A stretch of 64,000 bases of DNA from an uncultured Muribaculaceae bacterium (GCA_964585795.1 CAZPFI010000001.1:1143-65142), one strand, 5' to 3'; counted from the first letter of the stretch, positions 37,547-48,422 are shown. Numbers and translations: made by a program. Notes: generated from the sequence alone by a model not told the origin.

Positions 37547-38449
37547 ATGAAAAAATCTGCACTTGGTAGAGGTTTAGGAGCCCTGATTACCGATGTTGAC
37601 AATCTGAATCTCAACAGGAGTATGATTCCTGCGGCTGAGGCCACTCCGGCATCTATCTCCGAAATTCCGCTTGAGATGATTGAAGCCAATCCTTTTCAGC
37701 CAAGGAGCAGTTTCGATCAGGAGCTGCTGGAAGAGTTGGCCGATTCAATTAAGGTGATGGGGCTGGTTCAGCCGATTACAGTAAGGGTAACATCCTATGG
37801 TAAGTATCAGATAATAAGTGGCGAAAGAAGGTTTAGGGCTGCATCCATAGCAGGTCTCACACACATCCCTGCATATATTAGAAAGGCAGATGACCAGGGG
37901 ATGCTGGAGATGGCAATCGTAGAGAATATTCAGAGGGAGAACCTGGATGCAATTGAGGTTGCCATTAGTTTTCAAAGACTTATAGAAGAGTGCGATCTTA
38001 CGCAAGAGCAGATGGCGGATAGAGTCGGTAAAAAGAGAACAACTATTACCAACTATCTGCGATTACTTAAATTACCTGCGGAAATACAGCTTGCAATAAG
38101 GGCAAAAAGAATTACAATGGGTCACGCAAGGGCTCTGCTCTCTCTGGAGAGTCCAAAAAAACAGTTAAAGTTGTGCAACAGTATAATCGAGCACGATCTT
38201 TCGGTGAGACAAACAGAGGAGAAGATTAAAAAGATGGTTGAAGAGAGCCCACCCAAACAACATGAAGAGCCGGGAGCAGAGCTTGACGAATCTTATTTCA
38301 GACTTCTCGAATTTCTGGGGAAGTACTTTAACAACAATATAAGTTTAAAAAGAGACGGGAAAAGTGGTACCGGCTCTATAACAATCCGTTTTGGCAGTGA
38401 CAAAGAGGTAATTGCATTCATTGACGCAATAGAAAAAACAGACCTCTGA
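37547..38449 (+). CDS. parB: Chromosome partitioning protein ParB
   Basis: LGRGLGAL, NPFQPR, GERRFRA, ENIQRE and HTH. Confidence 0.96.
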   Translation: MKKSALGRGLGALITDVDNLNLNRSMIPAAEATPASISEIPLEMIEANPFQPRSSFDQELLEELADSIKVMGLVQPITVRVTSYGKYQIISGERRFRAASIAGLTHIPAYIRKADDQGMLEMAIVENIQRENLDAIEVAISFQRLIEECDLTQEQMADRVGKKRTTITNYLRLLKLPAEIQLAIRAKRITMGHARALLSLESPKKQLKLCNSIIEHDLSVRQTEEKIKKMVEESPPKQHEEPGAELDESYFRLLEFLGKYFNNNISLKRDGKSGTGSITIRFGSDKEVIAFIDAIEKTDL

Positions 38450-38452
38450 TTT

Positions 38453-39370
38453 ATGAAGCTCCGTCTTTTATTAGTGCTTTTGACATCTGTTTTATCATTA
38501 CAGGCGTACAGTCAGTTCCAGGGACAAATGCAACCTACCAGGCCTCCCGGTGCTGCAGGTGGACAGACTTCTGATGCGGATACAACCTGGGATTATTCAC
38601 GCAAAGAGCCATATCCGCTAAAAAGGTATTTTAAAAGTCTTGCAGGCAAGGACAGCATGAATATAAGCAGGATGTGGGCAGGTTCTTTTATTCTCCCCGG
38701 AAGTGCTCAGCTTTACAACAAACAGTATTGGAAAATCCCGCTGGTTTATGCATCAATCGGGGGCTTCTCATATGCGGCATACCACTACAACACACGCTGG
38801 CATGATACCGGAGACGAAAAATTCAAAACTAACAGAAACCTCTGTTATCTGGGGGTGGCTCTGTCGTACTGGGGCTCTGTGATGGACGGAGTGGTAAATT
38901 TTAAGTATCATAAAAAAGTTCTCCCGGCCAGAGCTTCTCTGTACTCTGCCATGCTTCCCGGTTTGGGGCAGATTTATAATGGAGACTACTGGAAAATTCC
39001 AATATTTTACGGGGGGTTTATTGCTGCAGGGTATTTTATATCCTCAAACAACTCTCAGTTTTTACGATATAAAGACCTTTATTATCAGACCAGTGACCCG
39101 GACTCTGAACTATACGGAAAGTATAATCCAAAGACAATGCAGTACTACAAGGATACATACAGAAGATACAGAGATTACTCTATCCTTACGGGAGTTATCA
39201 TATATGCACTCAATATTATTGATGCTAATGTTTTTGCCCATCTACAGGATTTTGACATAAGCGAAGATCTTTCGGTCTCATTTTCGCCCGGTATTGTAAT
39301 ACCATCCAGCCAATATTTTACATTTAACAATGGTCCCTATGTAGGGCTCAATTTAAAATTAACATTTTAA
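38453..39370 (+). CDS. DUF5683-like membrane protein with two repeats
   Basis: LPGSAQLYNKQYWKIPLVY and LPGLGQIYNGDYWKIPIFY. Located after parB. Confidence 0.75.
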   Translation: MKLRLLLVLLTSVLSLQAYSQFQGQMQPTRPPGAAGGQTSDADTTWDYSRKEPYPLKRYFKSLAGKDSMNISRMWAGSFILPGSAQLYNKQYWKIPLVYASIGGFSYAAYHYNTRWHDTGDEKFKTNRNLCYLGVALSYWGSVMDGVVNFKYHKKVLPARASLYSAMLPGLGQIYNGDYWKIPIFYGGFIAAGYFISSNNSQFLRYKDLYYQTSDPDSELYGKYNPKTMQYYKDTYRRYRDYSILTGVIIYALNIIDANVFAHLQDFDISEDLSVSFSPGIVIPSSQYFTFNNGPYVGLNLKLTF

Positions 39371-39372
39371 TT

Positions 39373-40992
39373 ATGATGAGAAAGACCGTCTATTTTATTT
39401 TATTAACAGCACTTATGATTTTGCACTCTCAGAATGCCATTAGCCAGGTTTTGTCAAAAAGACCTTCACGGGCAGCTCTTACGGTGGAAATTGAGAAACT
39501 CAGAAGAACGATAGACTCTCTTAAGCAGGAGATAGAATTCAGTTCAATACCACTGATAGATACAATAAACAACAATGATTCAATAAATCCGGGAGGTCTC
39601 AGCTTCTTTGACAGTGAAGACTTTCTCGAACCTGAGGTATCAACGGACAGTCTTTTGAATATCTGGTATGTTCAAAGAAGTTTGTTGATTGATGAGAAGT
39701 CTATTGTAGATCTTGAAGATGAGGTTCTTACTTCTGATATTCCGGACTCGGTATATATAGCCAGACTTAAAGCCATAAACTCTTTCATTCCCCTGCCATA
39801 TAACAACATTGTAAAGAATCACATTATTTACTATACTCAGAGAATACCCAACAAGATTGATTTAATCCTTGGCCTTTCCAGTTATTATATGCCACAGTTT
39901 GAAGAGATTTTCGATGAGTATAACCTTCCCAAAGAGTTGAAAATAATGGCAATTATCGAATCTGCACTCAACCCCAGGGCTGTCTCAAGGGCTAATGCCA
40001 AGGGTATGTGGCAATTTATGTACAGAACTGCACTCCAGTACAATCTGCGTATAGACTCTTATGTTGATGAACGCCTCGACCCTATTGCATCGGGACACGC
40101 CGCTGCTAAATACCTGAGAGATTCATATACAATATTCGGAGACTGGCTGCTTGCCATTGCTTCATATAACTGCGGTCCCGGAAATGTAAATAAGGCAATA
40201 CGGAGGGCAGGCGGCTCCAGGGACTTCTGGACCATCTACCCTTTCCTTCCAAGAGAGACCAGAGGTTATGTACCATCTTTTGTTGCTGCAATTTATGCAC
40301 TTAACTACCACAGGGAACATCGCATTATACCAAGACCGGTTTCAATGGCTGCCCATGTAGATACTTTTATTATTAACAGACCTTTACATTTTGGACAGAT
40401 ATCAGAGTTGACAGGTATTTCAAAAGAGGAGCTGAGTGATTACAATCCACAGTATTTAAATCAAATAATTCCCGGAAATGACAGGGGTAACATTTTGCGT
40501 CTGCCCTATAACTACACTTCGGCTTTTGTGGATAACGAGCAGATTATTTATGGATACAAAGACAGTCTGTTTTTCAACCCTATTGTCTTTGCAAATGCAA
40601 GGGGAAGTGTATCCTCAAGGGGTAATCAGGTTACTCACACCGTAAGGTCGGGTGAAACATTGAGTCATATAGCTGCCAGATACAGGGTTCGTGTATCCGA
40701 TCTTCAGGCCTGGAATGGAGTAAGATCGGTAATCAGACCAGGCCAGCGTCTTGTGGTTTATACCTCCAATCCTCCATCTGCTGCCGTAAGCTCTTCCTCC
40801 GGATCTGCACAACAGCCCGCAACTACATCATCGGGGGGATACATGATGTACACTGTTAAGCGGGGAGATACTCTGTGGGGAATATCAAGACAATTTCCGG
40901 GTGTAAGTCTCAATGACATTATGAGACTCAACGGGTTTAATCAGAACAGTAAGATTTTACCGGGTACAAAAATAAGGATTAAGCCTTTGTAA
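39373..40992 (+). CDS. mltD: MltD-like lytic transglycosylase with two LysM domains
   Basis: IIESAL, AKGMWQF, ASYNCG, LPRETRGYV, HTVRSGETL and YTVKRGDTL. Confidence 0.92.
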   Translation: MMRKTVYFILLTALMILHSQNAISQVLSKRPSRAALTVEIEKLRRTIDSLKQEIEFSSIPLIDTINNNDSINPGGLSFFDSEDFLEPEVSTDSLLNIWYVQRSLLIDEKSIVDLEDEVLTSDIPDSVYIARLKAINSFIPLPYNNIVKNHIIYYTQRIPNKIDLILGLSSYYMPQFEEIFDEYNLPKELKIMAIIESALNPRAVSRANAKGMWQFMYRTALQYNLRIDSYVDERLDPIASGHAAAKYLRDSYTIFGDWLLAIASYNCGPGNVNKAIRRAGGSRDFWTIYPFLPRETRGYVPSFVAAIYALNYHREHRIIPRPVSMAAHVDTFIINRPLHFGQISELTGISKEELSDYNPQYLNQIIPGNDRGNILRLPYNYTSAFVDNEQIIYGYKDSLFFNPIVFANARGSVSSRGNQVTHTVRSGETLSHIAARYRVRVSDLQAWNGVRSVIRPGQRLVVYTSNPPSAAVSSSSGSAQQPATTSSGGYMMYTVKRGDTLWGISRQFPGVSLNDIMRLNGFNQNSKILPGTKIRIKPL

Positions 40993-41001
40993 AAGACCTG
41001 C

Positions 41002-42936
41002 TTAGAATCTTATTCTTAACTGAATTTTTGCTTCACTGCGCGAGGGTCCGATACTCTGTTCGAGGCCCTCGCCCGTTTTTTCTCTGTCAACATAAAATGT
41101 TGATGCAAACCTTAACCATATATCAAGTATTTGGGATATATTATACCTGAAATTGGCGTAAAATCTCAATCCATTGCCATAAAGCACACTGGTACGATAC
41201 TGGTAAAGCATCTCCCTCTCGTAACTGTAAATTCTGTTATCCCATGAAGGAACATTAAACCAGGCAAGCCGTATGGAAAAACCGGTTTTTACCGGTTTGG
41301 ACTTATATATTAACTCCTGGTGCAGATATTTCCCGGTTGACATTTTACCATCTGATTTATAAAATGTTATATCTGCTCTTGAGTGTAGAATCAGAGCATC
41401 GGATAACTTCGTTTTGAAATCGCCTCTCAACATACCTTTACCCGGCGAAAGCGAGCTTCTCAATTCTACGCTGTTCTCTTCTCTGTATTTATATTCGGCC
41501 CTGATGCCTGCAAAGCGCTTCGATTGGGAGATAGAAGATCTCAGGTATATTCCCAAAGAGTTGTACTTTTTATATGAGAGGTTTACTTCTATGGCGGCAG
41601 GCCTCTTACCGGATGCAAAATCCATTACAGAAAGTCTCGAAAGATACTCTCTCTCTTTATAAGAGTACCTTGCTGAGAGGTCTATCATATCTGTAATCCT
41701 TAATACACATCCTGCAGTGATTGCTTTGGCAAGTGAGATATCTGTTGCAACCTCTCCGAATAACAGCACTCGTCCCTTGACATATCTCCAATCGACACCC
41801 CAGTTAGCATTGATTTTACCGTAACGGGCTGCCTTTTGCAGCAACAGAGAGTCGCGTCCCGCATAGACATGAGAATATCTGTCTGCAGAGAGGGTAAGAC
41901 CAAGGTTAAGTCTCTTAAGGGGCAGACTAATGTTTAAAGCTGACATTTGTGCCTCCAGGGCCCTCTTTCTTTCCTGAGTAACAGGTGTATTGTGTAGCCC
42001 GGTCTTAATAAGAGATGTGTATCCCAGGGGAGTAACTCTTGCATCAATACCTCTTGAGGAGATCATTATAGTTAAATCTGCTCTACCCAACTGAATTACT
42101 GAGCTAACCCCCCTGAACGCCGAATTCTCATCGGAAGATGTATGGATGCTTATACCCTGTCCTTTTTTTAAAAGGTCCGATGGCTCCCACGAAGCGTCCA
42201 TAACAAAACCGTTCCATAAAACAAGACCCTGACCAAATCTGGCGTTAAAAGAGCCGGCAATTATCTTCCCGGCAAATGGAAGGTCATTGACAGAGCAGCT
42301 CCAGGAGAGGTAATCCACCCCCTTTTCTCCCGGATCCTTCTCTGCTGTAACAATCACATCTGTTTTATAACTAACCGGGAATCGTAATTGGCCGTAAATT
42401 AGCAGAGGGTTGCCAACATACCTGCTGTTTGGGTTTTTAATATAGTCCTCTCTTTTTATCGGCATATAGCCCACTCTTCGCTCCGGTACAACAGAGCTTC
42501 TCATAAGAATCTGTCTCATGCCGGGAGAGGGTGAACTTTTAATTTCCAACGGATTACCGAAACTTATAAAAGGAGCCAGAAGAGATATCCGCTCAGGGGA
42601 CAATCCGGGTAATATAAGCAACTCGTTTATCGAGAACACAGCACCGTAATCCTTTCGGTAATCACAAATTGTTACTATCTCAAAAGGAGTCAGAATAGAC
42701 AGTGACTCCAGATCTGCAACACTTGCACGGTTTATGTTTAGTGGCCGTTGCAGGAGTTTGGTAAACAGCATCATTAACTCCTCCATCTGAGATTCCTGAA
42801 TCTCCTCCAACCCTTCCCATCTTTTTAAAAGAGTCTCAACAGCCGGGTCAATATCCTTTTCATAAACCCGTTTCTGCTGACAAAAGAGCACAGCAGTGCA
42901 AATGCACAGCAGTGCAGAAATAAAAATTCGCCTCAT
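41002..42936 (-). CDS. Helix-hairpin-helix (ComEA-like) domain protein with probable beta-barrel C-terminus
   Basis: Signal peptide, PLNINRASVADL...ELLILPG HhH, AEKDPGE and FGQGL motifs. Ends QLRIRF. Confidence 0.75.
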   Translation of the reverse strand: MRRIFISALLCICTAVLFCQQKRVYEKDIDPAVETLLKRWEGLEEIQESQMEELMMLFTKLLQRPLNINRASVADLESLSILTPFEIVTICDYRKDYGAVFSINELLILPGLSPERISLLAPFISFGNPLEIKSSPSPGMRQILMRSSVVPERRVGYMPIKREDYIKNPNSRYVGNPLLIYGQLRFPVSYKTDVIVTAEKDPGEKGVDYLSWSCSVNDLPFAGKIIAGSFNARFGQGLVLWNGFVMDASWEPSDLLKKGQGISIHTSSDENSAFRGVSSVIQLGRADLTIMISSRGIDARVTPLGYTSLIKTGLHNTPVTQERKRALEAQMSALNISLPLKRLNLGLTLSADRYSHVYAGRDSLLLQKAARYGKINANWGVDWRYVKGRVLLFGEVATDISLAKAITAGCVLRITDMIDLSARYSYKEREYLSRLSVMDFASGKRPAAIEVNLSYKKYNSLGIYLRSSISQSKRFAGIRAEYKYREENSVELRSSLSPGKGMLRGDFKTKLSDALILHSRADITFYKSDGKMSTGKYLHQELIYKSKPVKTGFSIRLAWFNVPSWDNRIYSYEREMLYQYRTSVLYGNGLRFYANFRYNISQILDIWLRFASTFYVDREKTGEGLEQSIGPSRSEAKIQLRIRF

Positions 42937-42970
42937 ATCTCCCCCTCATTCTAAAAATTTAAAAATGAAA

Positions 42971-43483
42971 TCAGTTTGTTTTAAATGGATACTTTACCTG
43001 CTCCAGCTCTTCATTGGCTTTTGAAATCTTTGAAGCAAGGTCCTCTTTAAAATCAATAATTTTGTTCAATAAGCCGGAATCTGCGGTTGCAAGTATCTGC
43101 AGAGCGAGTATTGCGGCATTTCTGGCACCGTCAAGGGCAACAGTCGCCACGGGTATTCCGGCAGGCATCTGCAATATTGACAATACAGAGTCCCAACCAT
43201 CCATGGATATCGATGACTTAACAGGTACCCCTATTACGGGAAGCGGTGTAAAAGCAGCAATAACTCCGGGCAGATGTGCTGCTCCTCCTGCTCCTGCAAT
43301 AATAACTTTAACTCCCCTTTTATGTGCATTTTTTGCAAACTCTGCCACCTGAGACGGTACTCTGTGAGCAGATAAGGCATTAATTTCGAAAGGAATCTCC
43401 ATCTGATTCAGAAACTCTGCCGCCTGTTTCATAACCGGGAGATCTGATGTGCTCCCCATAATAATGCTAACTAATGGACTCAT
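42971..43483 (-). CDS. purE: N5-carboxyaminoimidazole ribonucleotide mutase
   Basis: IMGSTSD, SAHR, AGAGGAAHLPG and QMPAGIPVATV. Confidence 0.97.
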   Translation of the reverse strand: MSPLVSIIMGSTSDLPVMKQAAEFLNQMEIPFEINALSAHRVPSQVAEFAKNAHKRGVKVIIAGAGGAAHLPGVIAAFTPLPVIGVPVKSSISMDGWDSVLSILQMPAGIPVATVALDGARNAAILALQILATADSGLLNKIIDFKEDLASKISKANEELEQVKYPFKTN

Positions 43484-43552
43484 CGTTTATTGTAAAAATT
43501 GGTGTGGGACAAAAATAATCATTAATTTCGCCACAACAAATATTTGACAATT

Positions 43553-44089
43553 ATGGAGCGCATTAAACTACACGATAAAGAGTTCAGAATTTTTATCAAA
43601 CACCAGGAGATTTTATCTCGCATTAATGAGTTGGCACAGGTGCTCAATAATGATTTCAAAGATAAAGAGACTCCTCTTTTCCTCTCTGTTCTCAATGGAT
43701 CGTTTATGTTTACATCCGATCTTATGAAGAGTATTACTTTTCCCTGCGAACTCTCATTCATAAAACTATCCTCATACAGCGGAGTGAAGTCTTCGGGGGA
43801 GATTAAAGAGATTATCGGTCTCAACTCACCGGTTGAGGGAAGAAATATTATAGTGCTCGAAGATATTGTAGATACTGGAACAACAGTTGAGGAGCTATAC
43901 TCAATACTGAAAAAAGCCGGTGCAGCTGACATAAAAATATGCACACTACTGCTGAAACCCGAAGCTTACACAAAAGATATAACTATTGATTATGCTGCAA
44001 TAAAGATTCCCAATGATTTTATTGTAGGTTACGGACTGGATTATAACGAGAGGGGAAGACAATACAAAGACATATATGTTCTGGATTAA
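43553..44089 (+). CDS. hpt: Hypoxanthine phosphoribosyltransferase
   Basis: VLNGSFMF, VLEDIVDTGTT and FIVGYGLDY. Confidence 0.95.
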   Translation: MERIKLHDKEFRIFIKHQEILSRINELAQVLNNDFKDKETPLFLSVLNGSFMFTSDLMKSITFPCELSFIKLSSYSGVKSSGEIKEIIGLNSPVEGRNIIVLEDIVDTGTTVEELYSILKKAGAADIKICTLLLKPEAYTKDITIDYAAIKIPNDFIVGYGLDYNERGRQYKDIYVLD

Positions 44090-44101
44090 AATGCTGTCCA
44101 A

Positions 44102-44692
44102 ATGAAATATCTCATAATATTCGGGCCACCGGGTGCCGGCAAAGGCACTCAATCGTCCCTGATAATTGATAAATACTCATTTAAACATATCTCCACAGGT
44201 GAGCTTCTGAGAAGAGAGATCTCCGCAGGGAGCAGCGTGGGAATTATTGCAAAGGAGCTTATTAATAAGGGTCAATTTGTTGAAGATGAAGTAGTCCTTG
44301 ACATTATTCGCCGTGAGATAAAAAACATCTCTCCCGGTGTTAAAGGGTTTATTTTTGACGGGTTTCCGCGTAACATATCACAGGCCAGATCCCTTGACAC
44401 ACTGCTTAGAGAGTTTGGGAAAAACAGCGTTGACGCCATACTGTCTCTTGAAGTGGATGATAACCTCATTGTTGAAAGAATTAAAAAGAGGGCTCTGGAA
44501 GAGGGAAGAGGCGATGATTCGTCAATAGAGACAATTTTAAACCGGATACGAACCTATCATGCTAAAACCGAACCATTGATTAATTATTATAAAAACCAGA
44601 ACAGATATTATAAAATTGAGGGAGATCTGCCAATTGATAAGATCTTTGGAAATATCTGCTCGATAATTGAGGGGTTGAAAAATGAGCGGTAA
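44102..44692 (+). CDS. adk: Adenylate kinase (short LID)
   Basis: [19 protein letters not shown] and DGFPR. Confidence 0.96.
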   Translation: MKYLIIFGPPGAGKGTQSSLIIDKYSFKHISTGELLRREISAGSSVGIIAKELINKGQFVEDEVVLDIIRREIKNISPGVKGFIFDGFPRNISQARSLDTLLREFGKNSVDAILSLEVDDNLIVERIKKRALEEGRGDDSSIETILNRIRTYHAKTEPLINYYKNQNRYYKIEGDLPIDKIFGNICSIIEGLKNER

Positions 44693-45689
44693 CTCAAATT
44701 TTGTTGATTATGTGAGGATCTTCTGTGCTTCGGGTAACGGAGGTAAGGGTTCGGTACACCTGCGGAGAGAGAAATTCATTCCCAAGGGTGGCCCTGACGG
44801 AGGTGACGGAGGTAGAGGCGGTCACATAATTTTAAAAGGAAACGCGCAATACTGGACACTTATACACCTTAAGTACAGAAAGCATATAAGAGCCCAGCAC
44901 GGCGGTGCCGGAAGCGGAGCTCTGAGGCATGGTGCCAATGGTGAGGATATTTATCTGGATGTTCCTCTGGGCACTGTTGTAAAACTTGCAGACACCGGTG
45001 AAATTTTATTTGAAGTAACAGAGAACCAGCAAGAGGTAATTCTTGCAAAGGGTGGCAGAGGCGGTATGGGTAATGCTTACTTTAAGAGTTCTACAAACCA
45101 GACACCCCGCTATGCACAGCCCGGAGAAGAGGGAACCGAAAACTGGTACATTCTGGAGTTAAAGATACTTGCAGATGTAGGGCTTGTTGGGTTTCCAAAT
45201 GCCGGTAAATCTACTCTGCTCTCCAAAATATCAGCAGCCAAACCACAGATTGCCGACTATCCGTTCACCACTCTGGAACCAAACCTTGGAATTGTGGAGT
45301 GCCGCGATCACAAATCTTTTGTTATGGCAGATATTCCGGGAATAATTGAGGGGGCACATATGGGGAAAGGTTTGGGATTGAGGTTCCTGAGGCACATCGA
45401 GCGAAACTCCATGCTTCTTTTTATGATACCTGCAGATGCAAAAGATATTGCAAAAGAGTATAAGGTGCTGTTAAAGGAGTTGAAAATGTACAACCCCGAA
45501 CTTCTCGACAAAGAGAGAGTGCTTGCAATAACTAAGAGCGATCTTTTGGACGAAGAGTTGGAGATAATGATTAAGAGGAGTTTACCCAAAAAAATTCCTT
45601 TCATGTTTATTTCGTCATTTACCGGGAAAAATTTACAGCAATTAAAAGATTTGCTTTGGGAAAAGCTAAACACTCCGCTTAATGCTTGA
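44682..45689 (+). CDS. obgE: GTPase ObgE
   Basis: Gly-rich Obg fold, [19 protein letters not shown] and TKSD. Confidence 0.97.
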   Translation: MSGNSNFVDYVRIFCASGNGGKGSVHLRREKFIPKGGPDGGDGGRGGHIILKGNAQYWTLIHLKYRKHIRAQHGGAGSGALRHGANGEDIYLDVPLGTVVKLADTGEILFEVTENQQEVILAKGGRGGMGNAYFKSSTNQTPRYAQPGEEGTENWYILELKILADVGLVGFPNAGKSTLLSKISAAKPQIADYPFTTLEPNLGIVECRDHKSFVMADIPGIIEGAHMGKGLGLRFLRHIERNSMLLFMIPADAKDIAKEYKVLLKELKMYNPELLDKERVLAITKSDLLDEELEIMIKRSLPKKIPFMFISSFTGKNLQQLKDLLWEKLNTPLNA

Positions 45690-46296
45690 TTACATAATCA
45701 ACATAGATACAGATCTGCTTCTGTTGATTAATCGAATGAACAATCCGGTTGCAGACTGGTTTATGCTTCTATTCTCTGCCAGGCTTCCATGGATTCCGCT
45801 ATATGCACTCATTCTCTACTATATATTAAAACGCTTTGTCGTTCAACAGAGTTCTCCCTGGTTTGCTGCAGCGCTGGTTTTCTGCATCGTTTTAACATTT
45901 GCGGCTACAGATATGGGCAGCTCTGCAATTAAATATGCGGTACAGAGGCTTCGTCCCGGACACGACCCTGCACTGGAACCTCTTATTCGCTTATTGGATG
46001 GTAAAGGAGGGCTTTACGGATTTGTGTCAAGTCATGCAGCTAATGTATTTGGACTGGCCACCATTACATCTCTGGCTTTTGCAAGAAAATACTACACCAT
46101 CTCAATTTTTATATGGGCATCACTTGTATCCTACAGCAGGGTTTACCTTGGAAGGCATTTCCCTCTGGATGTTATTGCAGGTGCACTTCTTGGTGTTTTA
46201 ACAGCTTTTATAATTTATTCGATTCTCAATGTACTATATAATAGATCATTCAACAGACGCTCAATGGAATCTGGCAGCAGAGGAGTATCTGTTTAA
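45682..46296 (+). CDS. PAP2 family phosphatase
   Basis: [17 protein letters not shown] and [12 protein letters not shown]. Confidence 0.9.
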   Translation: MLDYIINIDTDLLLLINRMNNPVADWFMLLFSARLPWIPLYALILYYILKRFVVQQSSPWFAAALVFCIVLTFAATDMGSSAIKYAVQRLRPGHDPALEPLIRLLDGKGGLYGFVSSHAANVFGLATITSLAFARKYYTISIFIWASLVSYSRVYLGRHFPLDVIAGALLGVLTAFIIYSILNVLYNRSFNRRSMESGSRGVSV

Positions 46297-47215
46297 AAAT
46301 TTTGATAAACCTGTGTTTCGCCTTTGGCGTAACTCTCCCTCAATAATTGTCGGGCTTCATCAGAATGCGTATGCCGAGATTAATATCGGCTATGTAAGAG
46401 AGTATAAGATTCCGGTAGTAAGACGACTCTCCGGCGGGGGAGCCGTATTTCACGACCTGGGTAATATAAACTTTACATTTATTGATACCCGCAACACAGA
46501 AGAGGATACTGCTGCTATGTTTGCAAGGTTTACAAAACCGATTCTGGATGCAATGCACAATTTAGGAGTAGAAGCATCTCTTGAGGGAAGGAACGATCTT
46601 GTTATTGACGGGAAAAAATTTTCGGGAAATGCTGTAGCGGTATATAAAAACAGAATACTTCAACACGGTACCCTGCTCTACTCTGCATCTATGGCAAATC
46701 TGTCCGACGCACTGGCAAACAGAGAGGAGCATTTCAGCGGTAAAGCTGTCAAATCCAACAGGGCAAGGGTAACCAACATATCCTGTTACCTCTCCAATCC
46801 AATGACTGTAACCGATTTTATGGATTATCTAAAAATATATATAACCGCCAGAGGTGACCATTTTATCCCATATAATTATACAACTGAAGATCTTGCAGCA
46901 ATTGCAGGGTTAAAACAGACAAAATACAGCAGGGACGAATGGAATTTCGGCTCTTCTCCGTCATACGGCTATTCGAGGACCATGCGTTTTCCGGCAGCTC
47001 TCATTGAGCTTCACATGAGAATAGAGAGGGGAACAATTGAAGATATCCGGTTTTATGGAAACTACTTTTTCATTGAAGAGACTTCCGGCATAGAGAAGCT
47101 GTTAAAAGGTTGTGAACATTCGTATGATAAAATTCTGGAAAGAATAAAAAAAATAAACCTCTCCGATTATTTTCAAAACATAAGCAGAGAGGAGTTTATC
47201 AGTCTGTTTCTGTGA
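46229..47215 (+). CDS. lplA: Lipoate-protein ligase A
   Basis: NLAAEEY, RRLSGGGAVFHD, GRND, KFSGNA and HGTLL. Confidence 0.94.
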   Translation: MYYIIDHSTDAQWNLAAEEYLFKNFDKPVFRLWRNSPSIIVGLHQNAYAEINIGYVREYKIPVVRRLSGGGAVFHDLGNINFTFIDTRNTEEDTAAMFARFTKPILDAMHNLGVEASLEGRNDLVIDGKKFSGNAVAVYKNRILQHGTLLYSASMANLSDALANREEHFSGKAVKSNRARVTNISCYLSNPMTVTDFMDYLKIYITARGDHFIPYNYTTEDLAAIAGLKQTKYSRDEWNFGSSPSYGYSRTMRFPAALIELHMRIERGTIEDIRFYGNYFFIEETSGIEKLLKGCEHSYDKILERIKKINLSDYFQNISREEFISLFL

Positions 47216-47224
47216 AGATGAGCA

Positions 47225-47518
47225 CTATTTGGCTCGTTTCTTCTCTTTGACTTTTACAAGCAGGTCTTTAAGTACATCTATACAATCGACAGTGGCATCT
47301 TCAAATTTAATTGAATGTCGCTCTACAACCAGGTCATTACCAGGTATTATTACCTTCATTTTAACACTCTTGTTGTCGTGGTCGGGCAGCAGGCTTAGAA
47401 TAACTTCTACATTCATTATTTCATCATAGAATTTTGGAAGTTTTGTCAGCTTCTTTTCGATATAATCGATAAGCTTTTTGTCTGCGTTGAACTTGAGTGA
47501 TTGAATCCTGATTTCCAT
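47225..47518 (-). CDS. hpf: Ribosome hibernation factor HPF/RaiA
   Basis: MEIRIQSLKFNADKKL, 97 aa, in the rpsU-xerC-hpf context. Confidence 0.88.
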   Translation of the reverse strand: MEIRIQSLKFNADKKLIDYIEKKLTKLPKFYDEIMNVEVILSLLPDHDNKSVKMKVIIPGNDLVVERHSIKFEDATVDCIDVLKDLLVKVKEKKRAK

Positions 47519-47519
47519 A

Positions 47520-48422
47520 TTAACCTCCTTTTTTTGCTCTTGGATGAGCGGTTAGAAAAACTTTCTTTAGTTGTTCAAAAGAATTATGTGTATATACCTG
47601 CGTGGCAGCCAGTGAAGAGTGTCCTAAAACCTCTTTTATACTATTGAGGTCTGCACCATTGTTCAGCAGATGCGTTGCAAGTGAGTGTCTCAGCATATGA
47701 GGACTCTTTTTCCCAGTGAGTGCAGGAACAGTTTCCAGCTCTCTTCTTACTATCTTATTAACAAACGAGAGATACATTGGTTGACCTGTATCGGTCAAAA
47801 AAAGATAGTTGCCAGGATTATCTGTATAGTATCCGGTGAACATCTCCAGGTATCTCTCCAGTTCATCCGATAACGCCTCTGGAACAGGTACCTCTCTGAT
47901 TTTATCTCCCTTGCCTGTAACCCTTAAAAGGCATCTTGATTTGTCCCAGTCACTCTGCTTAAGATTTGCTAACTCTGCCCTCCTTATCCCTGTACTGTAT
48001 AGTGTTGATACAACTGTCCTGTCCCTTACAGCAAAGAAATCGTCTGAATCGGGCACATTAGAAAAATAGGAAACAATAGCCGAACTCTTATAAAACCCCG
48101 GAAGCGTATGTGCCTCTTTGGGTCTCTGAATCCTCTTAACAGGGTTCGTTTTAAGGAATCCCCTTTTTATAAGGTAATTACAATAACTGCTGATTGCAGA
48201 GAGTTTAAGGTTCATGGTTCTGGGACTGAGCCCCGACTGAAGACCCGAAGCTACAAAGCCTCTGATTGATTGCGGAATTAAAAAAACTGACTCTTCTTCA
48301 TCATCCCTGGGGGATAAAAATTCATAGAGTTGGCTTAAACTCTCCTGATATATCTCCAGCGTACGCGAAGAGTATCTCTTCTGCACTTTCAGGTATTCAA
48401 TAAATAGTTCGGACGGCTTCAT
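47520..48422 (-). CDS. xerC: Tyrosine recombinase XerC-like
   Basis: TGIRRAEL, GKGDK, HMLRHSLATHLL and LGHSSLAATQVY (R-K-H-R-H-Y). Start MKPSEL. Confidence 0.88.
   Translation of the reverse strand: MKPSELFIEYLKVQKRYSSRTLEIYQESLSQLYEFLSPRDDEEESVFLIPQSIRGFVASGLQSGLSPRTMNLKLSAISSYCNYLIKRGFLKTNPVKRIQRPKEAHTLPGFYKSSAIVSYFSNVPDSDDFFAVRDRTVVSTLYSTGIRRAELANLKQSDWDKSRCLLRVTGKGDKIREVPVPEALSDELERYLEMFTGYYTDNPGNYLFLTDTGQPMYLSFVNKIVRRELETVPALTGKKSPHMLRHSLATHLLNNGADLNSIKEVLGHSSLAATQVYTHNSFEQLKKVFLTAHPRAKKGG

Noticed and set aside
36687-38449. parS site or oriC near parAB
   Set aside because: No TGTTTCACGTGAAACA-like palindrome or DnaA-box cluster was seen by eye; only half-matches occur elsewhere.
47520-48422. 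Tyrosine recombinase as an integrase of a mobile element
   Set aside because: It is XerC-sized, sits in the rpsU-xerC-hpf housekeeping context, and has no att repeats or cargo genes.
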